Positions 1 to 12,803 of a stretch of DNA of 64,000 bases are shown piece by piece. The notes beneath the pieces were generated by a model. That model saw only the letters and a program-made list of their open reading frames with translations, did no database searches and was not told the DNA's origin. Source of the DNA: Sphaerodactylus townsendi (lineage: Eukaryota); NCBI RefSeq assembly GCF_021028975.2, contig NC_059440.1, forward strand, positions 27,280,001-27,344,000, in the 5' to 3' direction. The position numbers and the translations under genes are program-made. Positions within the stretch are counted from its first letter, which is position 1; each line of letters begins with the position of its first letter.

Positions 1-170
1 GATCACACGAAAAAACAGGCCTCCGCTTTTTTACTCGCTTTTCAGCAAATTGCTGTGAATGTTTTCAAACAGTCTTGGCATTCATTTGCCTCTGACGAAT
101 CTGACGGACGGTGTATTTGCTGACTGCCGGTTGATCTCAGCAAATGAGATGCACATCCGGTCGCCCACCA

Positions 171-424
171 CAGCATGGTGTAGTGGTTAAGAGCAGGTGC
201 ACTCTAATCTGGAGAACCGGGTTTGACTCCCTGCTCTGCCACTTGAGCTGTGGAGGCTTATCTGGTGAATCAGATTGGCTTGTGCAGATCAGTGCAGTGA
301 CCTTGGGCTAGTCACAGTTCTTCAGAGCTCTCTCAGCCACACTCACCTCACAGGGTGTTTGTTGTGGGGAGGGGAGGGAAAGGAGCTTCTAAGCCCCTTT
401 GAGTCTCCTTACAGGAGAGAAAGG
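171..424 (+). mobile_element. Squam3-like tRNA-derived SINE (runs into gap)
   Basis: Head GTGTAGTGGTTAAGAGC...GGTTTGA (A/B boxes) and core GACCTTGGGCTAGTCAC; family repeated across the window. Confidence 0.85.
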
Positions 425-645
425 NNNNNNNNNNNNNNNNNNNNNNNNNNNNNNNNNNNNNNNNNNNNNNNNNNNNNNNNNNNNNNNNNNNNNNNNNNNN
501 NNNNNNNNNNNNNNNNNNNNNNNNNNNNNNNNNNNNNNNNNNNNNNNNNNNNNNNNNNNNNNNNNNNNNNNNNNNNNNNNNNNNNNNNNNNNNNNNNNNN
601 NNNNNNNNNNNNNNNNNNNNNNNNNNNNNNNNNNNNNNNNNNNNN
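425..645. other. Assembly gap
   Basis: N run starting inside a SINE. Confidence 1.
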
Positions 646-1197
646 TTGGGAACTGACCCCCATTGGCCATCGACCATGATCGAGAGCAACCCAAATGTCA
701 CCCCTTGCTTCTGAGGCGGCCTCCCCCATATTTTCACTGCCCACTCGGTTCCATCTGCTCCGCTGTGTGCCTTTAGCCTGCCCACGCCGCAGCTTGACAA
801 ATCAGCAACTCTTTTCCATTGTTCCCACAGCATCCAAGAACCAGCTCGTAGTCTGACATCTTGGCATCTCTTTGTTCATGACTGGAGAACCGAAAAGTTT
901 GCCGTACCACCAGGTGTAGACGTGGACTTTTTTTTTACTCGTCCGCTTTGCTGTTCGCAGGCTCCCCAGGGCCTCCCCTGGTGTAACATCAAACCAAAGA
1001 AACAGATGCTGGCACTTATTGCTCCGGGACGGAGGCTTTATGATTCAGTGGTAGATTAATCCCGCCGGCATTCAAATGAGATTTTTGTCACCCAAGAGGC
1101 CAATGTGAAACTGAGATGCCCATCTGTCATACACAATCAGAAAAGGGGAGCATAATTTGTCCATTTGCTGCCAGGTTTTAGCAGAACTGGACCAGTT

Positions 1198-1320
1198 CAT
1201 AAGAACATAAGAACAAGCCAGCTGGATCAGACCAAAGTCCATCTAGTCCAGCTCTCTGCTACTCGCAGTGGCCCACCAGGTGCCTTGGGGAGCTCACATG
1301 TAGGATGTAGTTCATTTCAG
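1198..1320 (-). mobile_element. CR1-type LINE 3' end, (TTCTTATG)n tail
   Basis: Reverse complement of the 3' end of the 18812-19113 copy; a second fragment lies at 2246-2352. Confidence 0.72.
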
Positions 1321-1347
1321 TGGCTTCTGTCTTTTCCTCATGTCGAC

Positions 1348-1493
1348 AGCCAGCGTGGTTATGAGCTGGGGACTCTAATCTGGAGAACCGGGTTTGATTC
1401 CCCACTCCTCCATGTGAGCGGTGGACTCTTATCTGGTGAACTGGATTTGTTTCCCTGCTCCTCCACATGAAGCCTGCTAGATGACCTTGGACC
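1348..1493 (+). mobile_element. Squam3-like SINE, 5' part
   Basis: Same head and core as the other copies. Confidence 0.75.
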
Positions 1494-3324
1494 ATCTCCC
1501 TGTGGCTGCCCATCTTTTAACAGTTCCAGGCTTCTCTTTTTGAAGCAAAAGTGCTATTTACACAAACAATGTCCTGGCATCTGTGAAGCTCGATATTGTG
1601 CTCTGGTTGTTGCTTCCATTTATACACAGCTTACCCGCAAGCACACACTCCACACTTCCTCGCTGAATAATAAAGGTCAAGGAATCAAACATGCTTGACA
1701 TTTCAAGAAGCTGTCTTATTGCAATCCATTTGAGTCCACGGAATGCTTGATGGATTATCTGCACTGGAACGCTATCGCTGCAGGTGACGGCTGCCATTGA
1801 AAACGCTGTCTGATTTGCTGACACAGAGAATTGATCGTTCGGGCTTAATGGTCAATAGAGTCAAGGCTCAAACGGCACAGCTTTCCTAATATCTTCCGTT
1901 CATCTTCTTCGAAAGAAAGATAGAGCGGGAGGGGACCCTCAAGATCATCAAGTCCAACCCCCTGCACAATTTAGGAGATTCACTGCTATTCTCCCAATGA
2001 CCCCTGCTTTATGGCCAGAGGAAGGCCAAAAGAATTCCAGGACCCCCGGGCCCATCTGAAAGTGGCGATAAGCATTACCCTGGACATATAAGAAAGGGCA
2101 AAGACAACAAACAGTTCATCTTTCCCATCTCTTTCCCTTCAAGCAGTGCACGATTTGCCTGTGGAACTCAGCGCTACAGGATCTAGCAGTGGTGGATAAC
2201 TCGGATGACTTTTTAAGGGGATTTGAAAGGCCTGTCAACAGCCATTAGAACATAAGAACATAAGAAAGAGCCTGCTGGGTCAGACCAGAGTCCATCTAGT
2301 TCGGCACCCTGCTACTCGCAGTGGCCCACCAGGTGCCTTTGGGAGCTCATGATGGCTAAACAGAACTTCCATGCTCAGAGGCAGTATACCTCTGGATACT
2401 GGCAGTTGGGGGCCAACAAGAAAGAGAGTTTTTGACTTGCCTGCCTGAAGGTCGCCTGGGTTTGTGAGAAACAAGATGCTGGGCTCAATGGAAGTTCGGT
2501 CTGAGCCAGCTGAACTCTTGTCACATTGAAAAGCTTCACAATCGAGTTAGGAGGATTTGACGGAAGAGAGCGCAAAGTCACGAGTGGTTTGCCTGGACTC
2601 TCCTCTCCAGCCTGCTAACTTTGACCATTAGCACTTGGGCACAGACTAATGCACGGAAAACGCTTCCCTTCGCTCTCGGCCACTTCCTGCTGCAGATGAA
2701 AACACTCAAGCCAAAGTGGAGAGCTCGCAGCAGCAGACAAATCGCTGTGGGTTGAGCAGCCCATCTCATTTCGAACCGGAGAGGAGGCGATGCTTTCAAA
2801 TCTAGCCTGCTAAGTGGGAAGAGACCACGGGCTTGGAGATGAAAGCTGGGTTGTAAATGCTTTTGGGGGGAGAGTCAGATTCCATTAAGGAGCCGTGGGG
2901 CCGGGAGGGGGAGCAGCCACGGGAAAAGCAGGGCATGGCAGAAATGAAGGGCTGTTGCAGCATCAAGTTGGTGAACGCTGAGCCCAGCCGAGAGGCATCC
3001 TTCTCTCGAAAGGTCAACAGGGTGGGTTGGGCCGGACAGAAAGGGAGATTTAATGGGCTTTCGCTCCTCTGCTTGAGGGCGGAATTGCTGAGATGCTGCC
3101 GCAGCCCACTGAATGGAATAATAGCTTCAAGGCCTCGTGGTCCCAGAGACTGCCTTTCTAGCCTTCGTTCCAGAAATCTTTGCTAATTTGGAAGCTCCTA
3201 TGGAGCCAGGACCTAGCAGTTGCTTCTGCATTCGTTTTAAATGCTTTGTTGTTCCTTTGCAAAGGTAGCTTATCAAGGGGGAGAACGTTGGGTTAGATCT
3301 TGCCCACTCAATCTTGCCCAAGAT

Positions 3325-3395
3325 CCAGCGTGATGTAGTGGTTAAGAGCAGGTGGATTCTAATCTGGAAACCGGGTTTGATTCCCCACTCCTCCA
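3325..3395 (+). mobile_element. Squam3-like SINE head (runs into gap)
   Basis: CAGCGTGATGTAGTGGTTAAGAGC...GATTCCCCAC. Confidence 0.8.
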
Positions 3396-3685
3396 NNNNN
3401 NNNNNNNNNNNNNNNNNNNNNNNNNNNNNNNNNNNNNNNNNNNNNNNNNNNNNNNNNNNNNNNNNNNNNNNNNNNNNNNNNNNNNNNNNNNNNNNNNNNN
3501 NNNNNNNNNNNNNNNNNNNNNNNNNNNNNNNNNNNNNNNNNNNNNNNNNNNNNNNNNNNNNNNNNNNNNNNNNNNNNNNNNNNNNNNNNNNNNNNNNNNN
3601 NNNNNNNNNNNNNNNNNNNNNNNNNNNNNNNNNNNNNNNNNNNNNNNNNNNNNNNNNNNNNNNNNNNNNNNNNNNNNNNNNNNNN
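3396..3685. other. Assembly gap
   Basis: N run starting inside a SINE. Confidence 1.
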
Positions 3686-4800
3686 ATGGCCTGGACTCAC
3701 CTTGGAATGACAGTGGTTGATCCAGACAATATTGATCAGCTCTCCTGGAGAAAACAGCGTCAACACAGAGGGAAATGCACAGTATTGGTAAGAACTCGAT
3801 CCCATTTTCACTGATCCCGAAAGAAACCAAAATTTAATAAATGACATTTGCTCATTTCATTCATTCATTTCATTAATCAGCAAAAAAAGATTTTTTAAAA
3901 ACAAGCACAGCAATAACGTTAAGAAAAAGCTAACAAGCAATTTCATACGACCCCGACGATTTCTGTGTTCTGCCAGCAACGTGGCCATACTTTGACAGTG
4001 CCTATGAAATGGAGGGATCCTTATCTTCAAGTAAAAAGTGAACGAGTAAGTCACCAGGTGACACTAAAGGAAATATCTAATCTTTTCCCTCTTGATGTGT
4101 CTGTCTCCCCATGTATGATCTGCCACAGCTGGCTGGGAGATTTACAAGGAAAATTCCACCTACACCCAAGTAAACAACACATAAAACGCACGAGTACTTG
4201 ATTTCTCCTCTGCAGGGAGCGATTGTACCAAAGCCGCTCTGATTTATTCATGTTATTAGCTGGCGATGCCCTTGACTACCCAATTTAGCAATTTATATCC
4301 TCCACAGCACACTGAAGCCGTGGAAAGAATAGATCTGCAGCCCATTCACAATTAGACTCTGGGGATGGAGGGCGCTTTTCGTACTGCAGCGTCTCCTTTT
4401 GAGTGACTCAGCTTGGCCGGAAAGGTCAGGCTATGGCAGTGATGTGTCCCATGTTGATCCAGTTGATTCCCCAAGGGCTGATCTACAGAACAGAGCCATG
4501 AACCTGTCTTGATCGGAATAGGATAATAAACTGTTTTAATTACGTTGTTTCACGTTTCTTCCAGCGCAGATGTTCGGAAGTCCTTGAAATCCCAAAAGAA
4601 ATTGTTTTGCCCTGTGAAATGGCTGTGGAACCATAGCTAGCTGTAGAACCATAGCTGGTTCCAGTGGGCAAAGAGATTGCGACATTTGTTGGGGGTACGA
4701 AGATGGCCAAAGAGTTCACCGCATCCCAACAACATCATATATTTTTTCTCCCTAAAGAAATGCTCAGTTTGTGAGCATCTACTTGCAAGTACTTAAGAGT

Positions 4801-4975
4801 TGGATGGCCCAGGCCAGACCGATCTCATCAGATCTCAGAAGCTAAGCAGGTTCAACGCCAGTTAGTATTTGGATGTAGTCCAGGATCACAACAGAGAGGA
4901 AGGCAATGGTGTGCCTCCTCTGTGCATCTCTTGCCTTGTGAACCGTGTGTGTTTGTGATTTGTTGGCACTTTTCA
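4801..4975 (+). mobile_element. 5S rRNA-derived SINE (5S-Sauria-like)
   Basis: CCGATCTCATCAGATCTCAGAAGCTAAGCAGG...GTTAGTATTTGGATG (5S A and C boxes) followed by a non-5S GGCAATGG...CTTGCCTTG tail. Confidence 0.75.
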
Positions 4976-5166
4976 CCACTGCTCTTGCAAGTGAAGAACA
5001 CGTTTTAACCTGAGCTGGGACCTTTGGGAATAGAGCGAATAGAAATGCACAGAAATAAACAACAAGACCCAGAAAGAATCAGGGCAAAATCCCATGCAAT
5101 CTGGTGAACTGTTCCTAGGAGTTGCCAAACAGATGCCTCTGAGAAGCTGAAGTGCTGGACCTGAAG

Positions 5167-5474
5167 GAAGAAGAAGAAGAAGAGTTTGGATTTATATCCC
5201 CCCTTTCACTCCTGCAAGGAGACTCAAAGGGGCTTACACTCTCCTTTCCCTTCCCCCGCCCCCACAACAAACACCCTGTGAGGTGGGTGGGGCTGAGAGA
5301 GCTCCAAAGAACTGTGACTAGCCCAAGGTCACCCAGCTAGCATGTGTTGGAGTGCACAAGCTAATCTCATTCACCAGATAAGCCTCCACAGCTCAAGTGG
5401 CAGAGCGGGGAATCAAACCCGGTTCTCCAGATTAGAGTGTACCTGCTCTTAGCCACTACACCACGCTGGCTCTC
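5167..5474 (-). mobile_element. Squam3-like SINE, full length
   Basis: Reverse copy with (CTT)n tail. Confidence 0.88.
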
Positions 5475-7597
5475 CAGGGTTTAAGCAAGCTGCTTATAAA
5501 AACCAACTCTTCTTCAGTCTTAGCTGTTATTGTTCCTGAACCGCGCGGGGGCCTTACCTCTGGGTTGACCCACATCCCCTACCCCTCTCTCTCAGAAGTC
5601 AGATGGGAGACCACCAAGGAAGGCTCCGCAGAGGAAGGCCATGGGAATCCAACTCTGCTTCTCACTTGCTTTGAAAGCAGAACGTCCGAGGGATAAAGCC
5701 AAGAAAGTTTCCCGGAAACCGCAGAGAACGAGAGAATGTAAACGTCACCCGCCTTCCCTAATGAAACAAAAGTGATGCGGAGAAGCCAGGCGCAGCCGAT
5801 CTGCAGAATACTTAATGAGAACCAAATTAGTTTGTCAATGTGAATAAATACAGGGATGCCCAGCGGTGGCCGGGGAGCGGGCCCATCAGGATGATCTACA
5901 GGCCAAAAGACAGGAGATAGGACGGATGCAGTTTTAGTTCGGGGCGGAGATGCTTCGGTGGGCCTCTTCTCCCTTTCACTCTTTAATCAAAAAGGCAAAT
6001 TGCATAGCCTGGGCCGAACAGGAAGCAGCCTTAATTAAAACGAAATTAACAGTTTTCAGCCTGCGTAGGCAACGAAAGACAAGAATGGGGTGCGGGAGGA
6101 GGAAGGAAGAGGATGCTGAAGAGTTCGAGAGAAATATTGTGGCAATAAAATAAAAACTGCGGTGAGTAACCGAGGCTACAAATAATCGCCCGTCAACCCG
6201 GATGCTATATTTACTAAGACTGTCGTGGGGGTTTGGTAATTACTGCAGATATTTTTTCTAATGGTGCATATGGCATCGAATCTCCCTCGCCACAGACCCC
6301 GCGGTTTTTCAGGCGTCGACGAACCCAGGGTTGCTGGTTTCTGTGCTATACAAGCAAGAGTTTGGCCCTCCAAGGAAGAATCACGGCACAAGACCTGCTT
6401 TGCTAAGGAGTTCAGAGCTCACGGGAAGAAAAGGGATCAAGAGTCCATCCACGCCTGCCATTTTTCTCCAGGTCTTCTCCTGGCCTCCCAGTTATGAGAC
6501 GTGTGTTGTGATTTCGTGCTGAGAACCGAGTTCCAAAGGAAGGGTTGGCCCAGTTCGGGATGGGAACATGACCCATAAAGAGAAGGGACTTCAGCCTTCT
6601 CCATTGCTACTGCAATCATTTCCCATCCAGGGGGCACCACTGTCCTTTTGGAGGCTCTTTGGAGTACACATAGATTTCCTCAAGGGCAAAAGAGTAGACC
6701 TCCACAAGGACCATTTCAGAACAGGGAAACAGCAAGATAGAAAGGTTGAAAGGAATCCCTTTTCCTCGCGTGCCATGGTCCCAGTCTGAATTGGAACCCT
6801 GCACACCTAGGAAATGAGTTCCCACCAGAAACTGCAGGTGCATGTCTGAAGGCCAGGACATGGGGAAAATGTACTATGTTATTAGGACCATATATTACAA
6901 GCAAGCATTAACTAGGGCAGAGGTTTTATTTGGGGCAAATGAATCAAGCCTTGGGCAGATTATGCAGGTGAACAGAAGAGTAGTCCAGTTGAATCAAACC
7001 AATCATCTGTTTATGCCAGTCTCCATTTTAGCACAGTAGTTAACCAGGCACCCCTGAAAGGCCTTAGAGTACAGAAGGCACAGAAGCCAAGCCTTCCCCT
7101 TTGTTCTTGGCCTTCAGAGGTAGAGTGCCCCTGAACATGGAAGTTTCATTTTGTATTTCTGGCTAGCAACTCTAGATGAACTTATCTAATCCCCCTTTTA
7201 AAGCCATCTCAACTAGCTTCTGCCACTACATCCCGTGGCAGGGAGTTCCGCTGGTTAATTCCTCATCAAGAAGGTTTTTTGGCCCATTGGTTCCAATGAT
7301 AAATGAACAATACTTGGGGGCTGAGAAGACTGTGGTATTTGGCCCTGAAAAACATTGCGGGGGGGGGGGGGGCTGGATCTATGGCACTGGTGAAAGGGAG
7401 TGAACTCTTTCCTCCCAAGACCTTTCCCCATTTTGAAAAGACCCTCCTCATAACGGCCTTAAAATCTTGGAGGTAAAGAGGGAGGACACTAGATTTCTCC
7501 TCACAAACATATTGAGGTTTAAAGTAGCTCTAGGGTGGAGGAGATAGGGAAGGGGAAAAAGTCAACCTCACCTTCTCCAGCACCATAGTCTTGATCT

Positions 7598-7894
7598 AAG
7601 AAGGAGGAGGACGAGTTTGGATTTATATCCCCTCCCTTTCCTGTAAGGAGACTCAAAGGAGTTTCCAAACTCCTTTCCCCCTCACAACAAACGCCCTGTA
7701 AGGTGGGTGGGGCTGAGAGAGCTCCAAAGAACTGTGACTAGCCCAAGGTCACCCAGCTGGCATGTGTTGGAGTGCACAAGCTAATCTAGTTCACCAGGTA
7801 AGCCTTCACAGCTCAAGTGGCAGAGCAGGGAATCAAACCTGGTTCTCCAGATTAGAGTGCACCTGCTCTTAACCACGACACCACGCTGGTTCTC
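7598..7894 (-). mobile_element. Squam3-like SINE, full length
   Basis: Reverse copy, close to the 5167-5474 copy. Confidence 0.88.
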
Positions 7895-9964
7895 TGGATT
7901 AACTCCCCTGGCCCATGGCTGCTTCTACACACGTAGAATACTGGTCATAGAATTCCAGCATCACATATAATTTTAGCCTTCGCTGTTAGCACTTCTTAGC
8001 ACGCAATTTTACTCTTCGTATGTCATTTTTGTGGTAATCCTACAAAACCCCTAAAAAGTAGGCCAACTTTTCAGATGGGGCGCTGAGAGAACGGGTGCTC
8101 GCCTAATGCCACCTAGTGAGCGTCTGGTGAAAGTTAGCTTTGATCCAAGGGCTTCGGGATTTTATAGCTCTGTTTCGGAGCCTTTGCGCAACAGGAATTT
8201 CTGTGAATCGAAACAGATTTAAATGCATGACTCTGCTTGGAGTAACTTTAGATGGCTTCCTATCATAGTTTAAAAATCCCCCACCCCCTGCAGTCAGCAT
8301 TTTACTGATCTGGCAATATTTTCACCCTCCTAGCCAGATATTATAGAAGGAGGACATGAATCTGGGGGAAGGAAATGGGGCGTTTCTTTTTATAATTATT
8401 ATTCCCCTATTTTCTACAACGTTTATTCTTTTCTGAAAACAGAAAAGAGTGCTCTGGCTATGCTCAATGGCGTTTTACTTTTTCTTTTTTGGTTTGGGTT
8501 CTTCCAAATGGAGGGGATTTACGACCTGAATAAATTATGTAAATCAAGCCACCTGGCATACATATGCTTAAAATCCAATCATGCGGAGGCTAAGCCCTCC
8601 ACCCCCTGGAAATGACCTCCGCTAACCCCGACAACAGCAACAACACACACAAACATACGCAGCAACGCACCTTAGCCTTTAAAGCATATGGGCGATGACA
8701 GCGTAATCTCAGAAACCAGTCTCCTAGACTTAAGGACCAGTAACATGGCTTTTAAAATTATAAACTGCAATTGCTAAATTCTCTGACCTTGGGTGCTCGG
8801 AATATGCAGTTGTGCCGACAGATACCCAAAGAGTAGGAATTCCATCCCCAATTGCTGCATCGTCGGCTCTGGAAAAATCAGTGCCCTCTTATAGCTCCCT
8901 TCCCCTAAGAAAATAATTACACTTTTTGCATCAATGCTTCATTTAACAAAACTGATGTGCTCTGTTTTCCTCCCAATGTCTACAACAATCCTTTGATGTA
9001 GGCCAATGTTAATATATCCATATCGAAGAAGTATAGTCTGAGGCTTAAAGGTTAGCAGTTTGCCTAATGTTGCCTGCTGAGGATCCGGCCCAGATGAGAC
9101 TTGAATTAGGGGTGGACAAATGGTCTCCATTCTGTTTATTTTTATACACATTCACATTTGGACGGATGCTTTTGCCGTCTGCTTTTCTGTCCTTGCTTGT
9201 GGATTCATGTGCACTGTGCACAACACGTTCATCGTTTCTTTGCACAACAAAATGTGTGGGGTCAGTGTATTGATCCACAAGCAGTATTGGAAAACGAGCT
9301 CGTTTTTAAAAGTAAAAATTCAGTGCACAAACGTAGCAAACGATAGACTTTTAATCTGTGTTTGCCCACCCTCATCCCCCTGCAACAGAAAAACAGCACT
9401 CACATATGACATGTTATTTTCGTGACCCAAGTTTCAAAATCAGGTTCTTGTTCTGTGTTCAGGGTTTGAGCCAAACCCACTTAGGATGCTGCCTAGGAAG
9501 GTGTGCTCTTCCCTCAAGAAGGCTAAGAAGAGCACCACTGCCTCTGAGCATGCACAGAGTAACGGGGTTATGTTGTGCTCAATGAACAGCTGATGGTCCC
9601 TAGGGTTTTAGGTCTGTTTTCTCAGTATCCTTTGTGGCTGGCGGCTACAAGACACACCCTCGCTATCTAGGTCGCGGAAAGCACTGTTTTTGTGGTGGTG
9701 TTGTTGTTGTTGTTGTTGTTTAGTGGGGGAACTGACTTTGCCTGGATGGCTCGTATACGTGCATATCCAACTCCAACTCAACATACATGCTTCTCAATCA
9801 TCAGATGTAACAAAAGTACCAGAAATCTCCGGCCTTCTCTCCTCACAAGGGGCCTGATTCTGTGGCAGTAACCTCTGGAACTACCTGCCACTTGAAAACG
9901 GGAGAGGGACATTTTCTGTCCTCTTGAGCATGTTTTCCCTGCTGAGGCTCACTGTGATAACATT

Positions 9965-10370
9965 ATAGAGATGGAAGGGGCCATCTAGTCCAACTCCCTG
10001 CTCAATACAGGATCAGCCAAGCGCATCCCTGATAAATGTTTGTCCAGCCACTTCTTAAAGACTGCCAGGGACAGGAAGCTCACTACCCAACACTGGCCTA
10101 CATCAAAGGGTTGTTGTAGACACTGGGAGGAAAACAGAGCACATCGGTTTTGTCAAATGAAATATTGATGCAAAAAGTGTAATTATTTTCATCGGCAACC
10201 GATTCCACTGTTGAACAACTCTTACTGTGAAAAAAAAAACCTTTCCAGCCAGTATCTTTTCACCCATAATTTAACCCCATTATTGCGAGACCTACCCTCT
10301 GCTGCCAACGGGAACAGCTCCCTGTCCACCTCTCAGTGACAGCCTTTCGAATACTTAAAGAGAGCGTGCA
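9965..10370 (-). mobile_element. CR1 LINE 3' fragment interrupted by a 102-bp local inverted copy
   Basis: GGCCATCTAGTCCAAC...TTCCACTGTTGAACAACTCTTACTGT typical CR1 3' sequence. Confidence 0.72.
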
Positions 10371-10510
10371 AAGGGGATGGCGCCTCTGGACATGTGCAGA
10401 GTGCCAGTCCCTCTCTACTGAGCAATCACAGCCTGCGTGCCACATATTTCATAGCAGGGATGGAGGCTCCTTCACCAGAAGGAGGAGGGAGGGTTCTGCA
10501 TGCCGCTTAC

Positions 10511-10780
10511 CCGTGAGTGGCACTGGAAGCCGAAGTAGACCACCACGATGGTGGGCAGGAGGACCACGGCGAAGATGGAGGCTAGGAGGAGGACATTCAA
10601 GAAGAAGACCAAAGAGTTCATGACCACCACGAGGAAAGTCCAGGCCCAGCACTCACAGGTGCTGCGGCGCTCCATGGGCAGGAGTTGGTCCTCCATGTTG
10701 TAGGTGGGGAGGCCGGAAATCATCCGGGACGAGTCAGACAGGCTGTCTGCCTCAAAGTCATCGAACTCCTGGTCAGACAT
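10511..10780 (-). CDS. TMEM88B: Transmembrane protein 88B, first coding exon (rest of gene not found in window)
   Basis: MSDQEFDD...hydrophobic stretch...VLLPTIVVVYFGFQCHSR matches the TMEM88-family motif VVYxGFxCHSR. Phase-0 donor CGG|GTAAGC at 10510. In-frame TGA upstream at 10864-10862. Divergent from ANKRD65, as in the human block. Confidence 0.88.
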
Positions 10781-11960
10781 CTTCAGGGAAGTCTGGTAAG
10801 AGTCCCTTACTGCCTTTTGGGTTTCCTTTTCTTCCACATGCACCACTGCAGGAGCTGCTGATCAGTCTTCCATAGCAGAGGAGACAGTGCCGGTGGTCAT
10901 CACACGGACGTCTGGCTGTTGGAAGCAGGACCTCGAGCTAGTGGGACTTCAGGATGGATCCAGCCGAGTTCTCCCTGATGCCCTTGACCATGAGGCATCA
11001 ACAGAGCAAGGTGGTGAGGAGCCCTGCGATAGACTCTTGCTAGACTTTTGCCCTGCAGAGTTATTTGCTGGAGGAATTTCTCACGCTTGCCTCCCAGCCC
11101 ACCTGGAAGTTTGGAAGGGAGTGAAACGGAGGGTCCTCTCGCTCGGTGCTCGAATGCAGACCTTTTCTTTCGCGTGGCCTCCTTCTGGCGAGATGTGCCG
11201 GAGTTCCTGAGCCATTCCCACGCCACGCGCAATGCTCTGCGAGGCTTTTAAGACAGCCCGGCCTCCGTGTGCTCTGGGGCAAACGTTTGCAAGGGACTCC
11301 TTCAGCTTTCTGCAGGGAGAAATCCTTGGCCTTCCGAACCTCCCGGTAGCCTTCTGTGAATTCTAAAAGTGGAGATTCTCCCTGCTGAGGTCTCTTGGAG
11401 CCAACCGGGGCCTTTATCTGCCGTTAAGGATCCTGCATTACAAGAAAACCAATGCAAGGGAACCGAAGAAGCATGCTGGAACCAGATAACGTGGCTCCAG
11501 CTACCGAGAATCGCAGCCAGCCCGACTGGATGCGTTCCCTTCCTAGCCGGTTCCCAGAGCTAGACGGTGTTGCAGGCTTGCAGGCAGTTTCATTCAGCCT
11601 CTCTCCCTCCTCCAGCCAATCCTTGGCGACCACTCCCCCCCCCAATCCACCCCCTTTCTGAGATGCTAACTACACAGTGCTGTAAATTCAGGCCCTACAG
11701 TGCACTCACCCAGAGATAACATGTGCCAGAAAAGTCAGTCTTTCTATCCCAAAACCCGCAGATATGGAAAAGGTGATAATTTGGAAGAATGAGGATCAGA
11801 AAGGTTAGGGTTGGGGGGGGGAGGAGGAGACAAAGAGACATTCTAGTGGAATTTTCAGTCCTTTGCTGTTCTTTTGGGGGGTGGGATTTATGTGCCGCCT
11901 TTCCACAGATTAAACATGACACCCAAAGCGCCATATGCCGTAAAATCGATTCCTATCACT

Positions 11961-12200
11961 TTTGATCCCCCACTCCTCCACCTGAGTGGCAGAGGCTTAT
12001 CTGGTGAACCAGATGTGTTTCCACACTCCTACATTCCTGCTGGGTGACCTTGGGCTAGTCACAGTTTTCTCTGACCTCTCTCAGCCCCACCTGCCTCACA
12101 AGGTGTCTGTTGTGGGGAGAGGAAGGGAAAGGAGCTTATAGGCCACCTTGAGTCTCCTTACAGGAGAGAAAGGTGGGGTGTAAATCCAAACTCTTCTTCT
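11961..12200 (+). mobile_element. Squam3-like SINE, 5' truncated
   Basis: Core plus AAATCCAAACTCTTCTT tail. Confidence 0.85.
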
Positions 12201-12711
12201 TTTTCTTTTCCCCTTTGCATAGAAAGCCCTTCCTTCTGTCACTATATTGTCCCAACTACCCTGTGAGGTAGGCTAAGTCTGAGAGCAACCAGCCCAGCAT
12301 CATCCTGTAAGATTTGAGGCATTTCAGCCTGGATTGTTCCAGATTCTATTCCAACCTGCAAACTGCTACAGCACACAGAAGCTGAAGTAAAGAAGCTCTC
12401 CATAGCCACACTCCATACCTTATCCCTGCTCCAGTTCCTCTGCTGTATATTGTTACAGATCTAACCAGCTATTGCAGTTGTTAGCTGCATTTCAGGGAGG
12501 ATGGGCCCAGCAACAGCTGTGAGCATAACAGCTTAAATAGAACCGCCATGTTTAGAGATAGTATACCTCTGAACACCAGATGCTGGAGACCAGCAACAGG
12601 ACAAGGGGAGAGGAGTGGGAAATAAGACAATTTTAAAAAATAAAACCACAATAGCTTTTTCTTAGGAGCACCCAAGAGCAGCATCAGGATATCGGTGTTG
12701 GTTTAAGGACT

Positions 12712-12712
<1 letters not shown>

Positions 12713-12800
<88 letters not shown>
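12713..12800. repeat. (CT)n microsatellite
   Basis: Pure CT run of about 44 units. Confidence 0.97.

Positions 12801-12803
<3 letters not shown>

Noticed and set aside
275-3847. Long ORFs containing X runs (also 51407-51622)
   Set aside because: Artefacts of N gaps plus SINE sequence.
10781-11282. GTG-initiated extension of TMEM88B and upstream ORFs (10900-11232, 10887-11210)
   Set aside because: No in-frame ATG before the stop at 10864 and no recognisable protein; probably 5' UTR or promoter.
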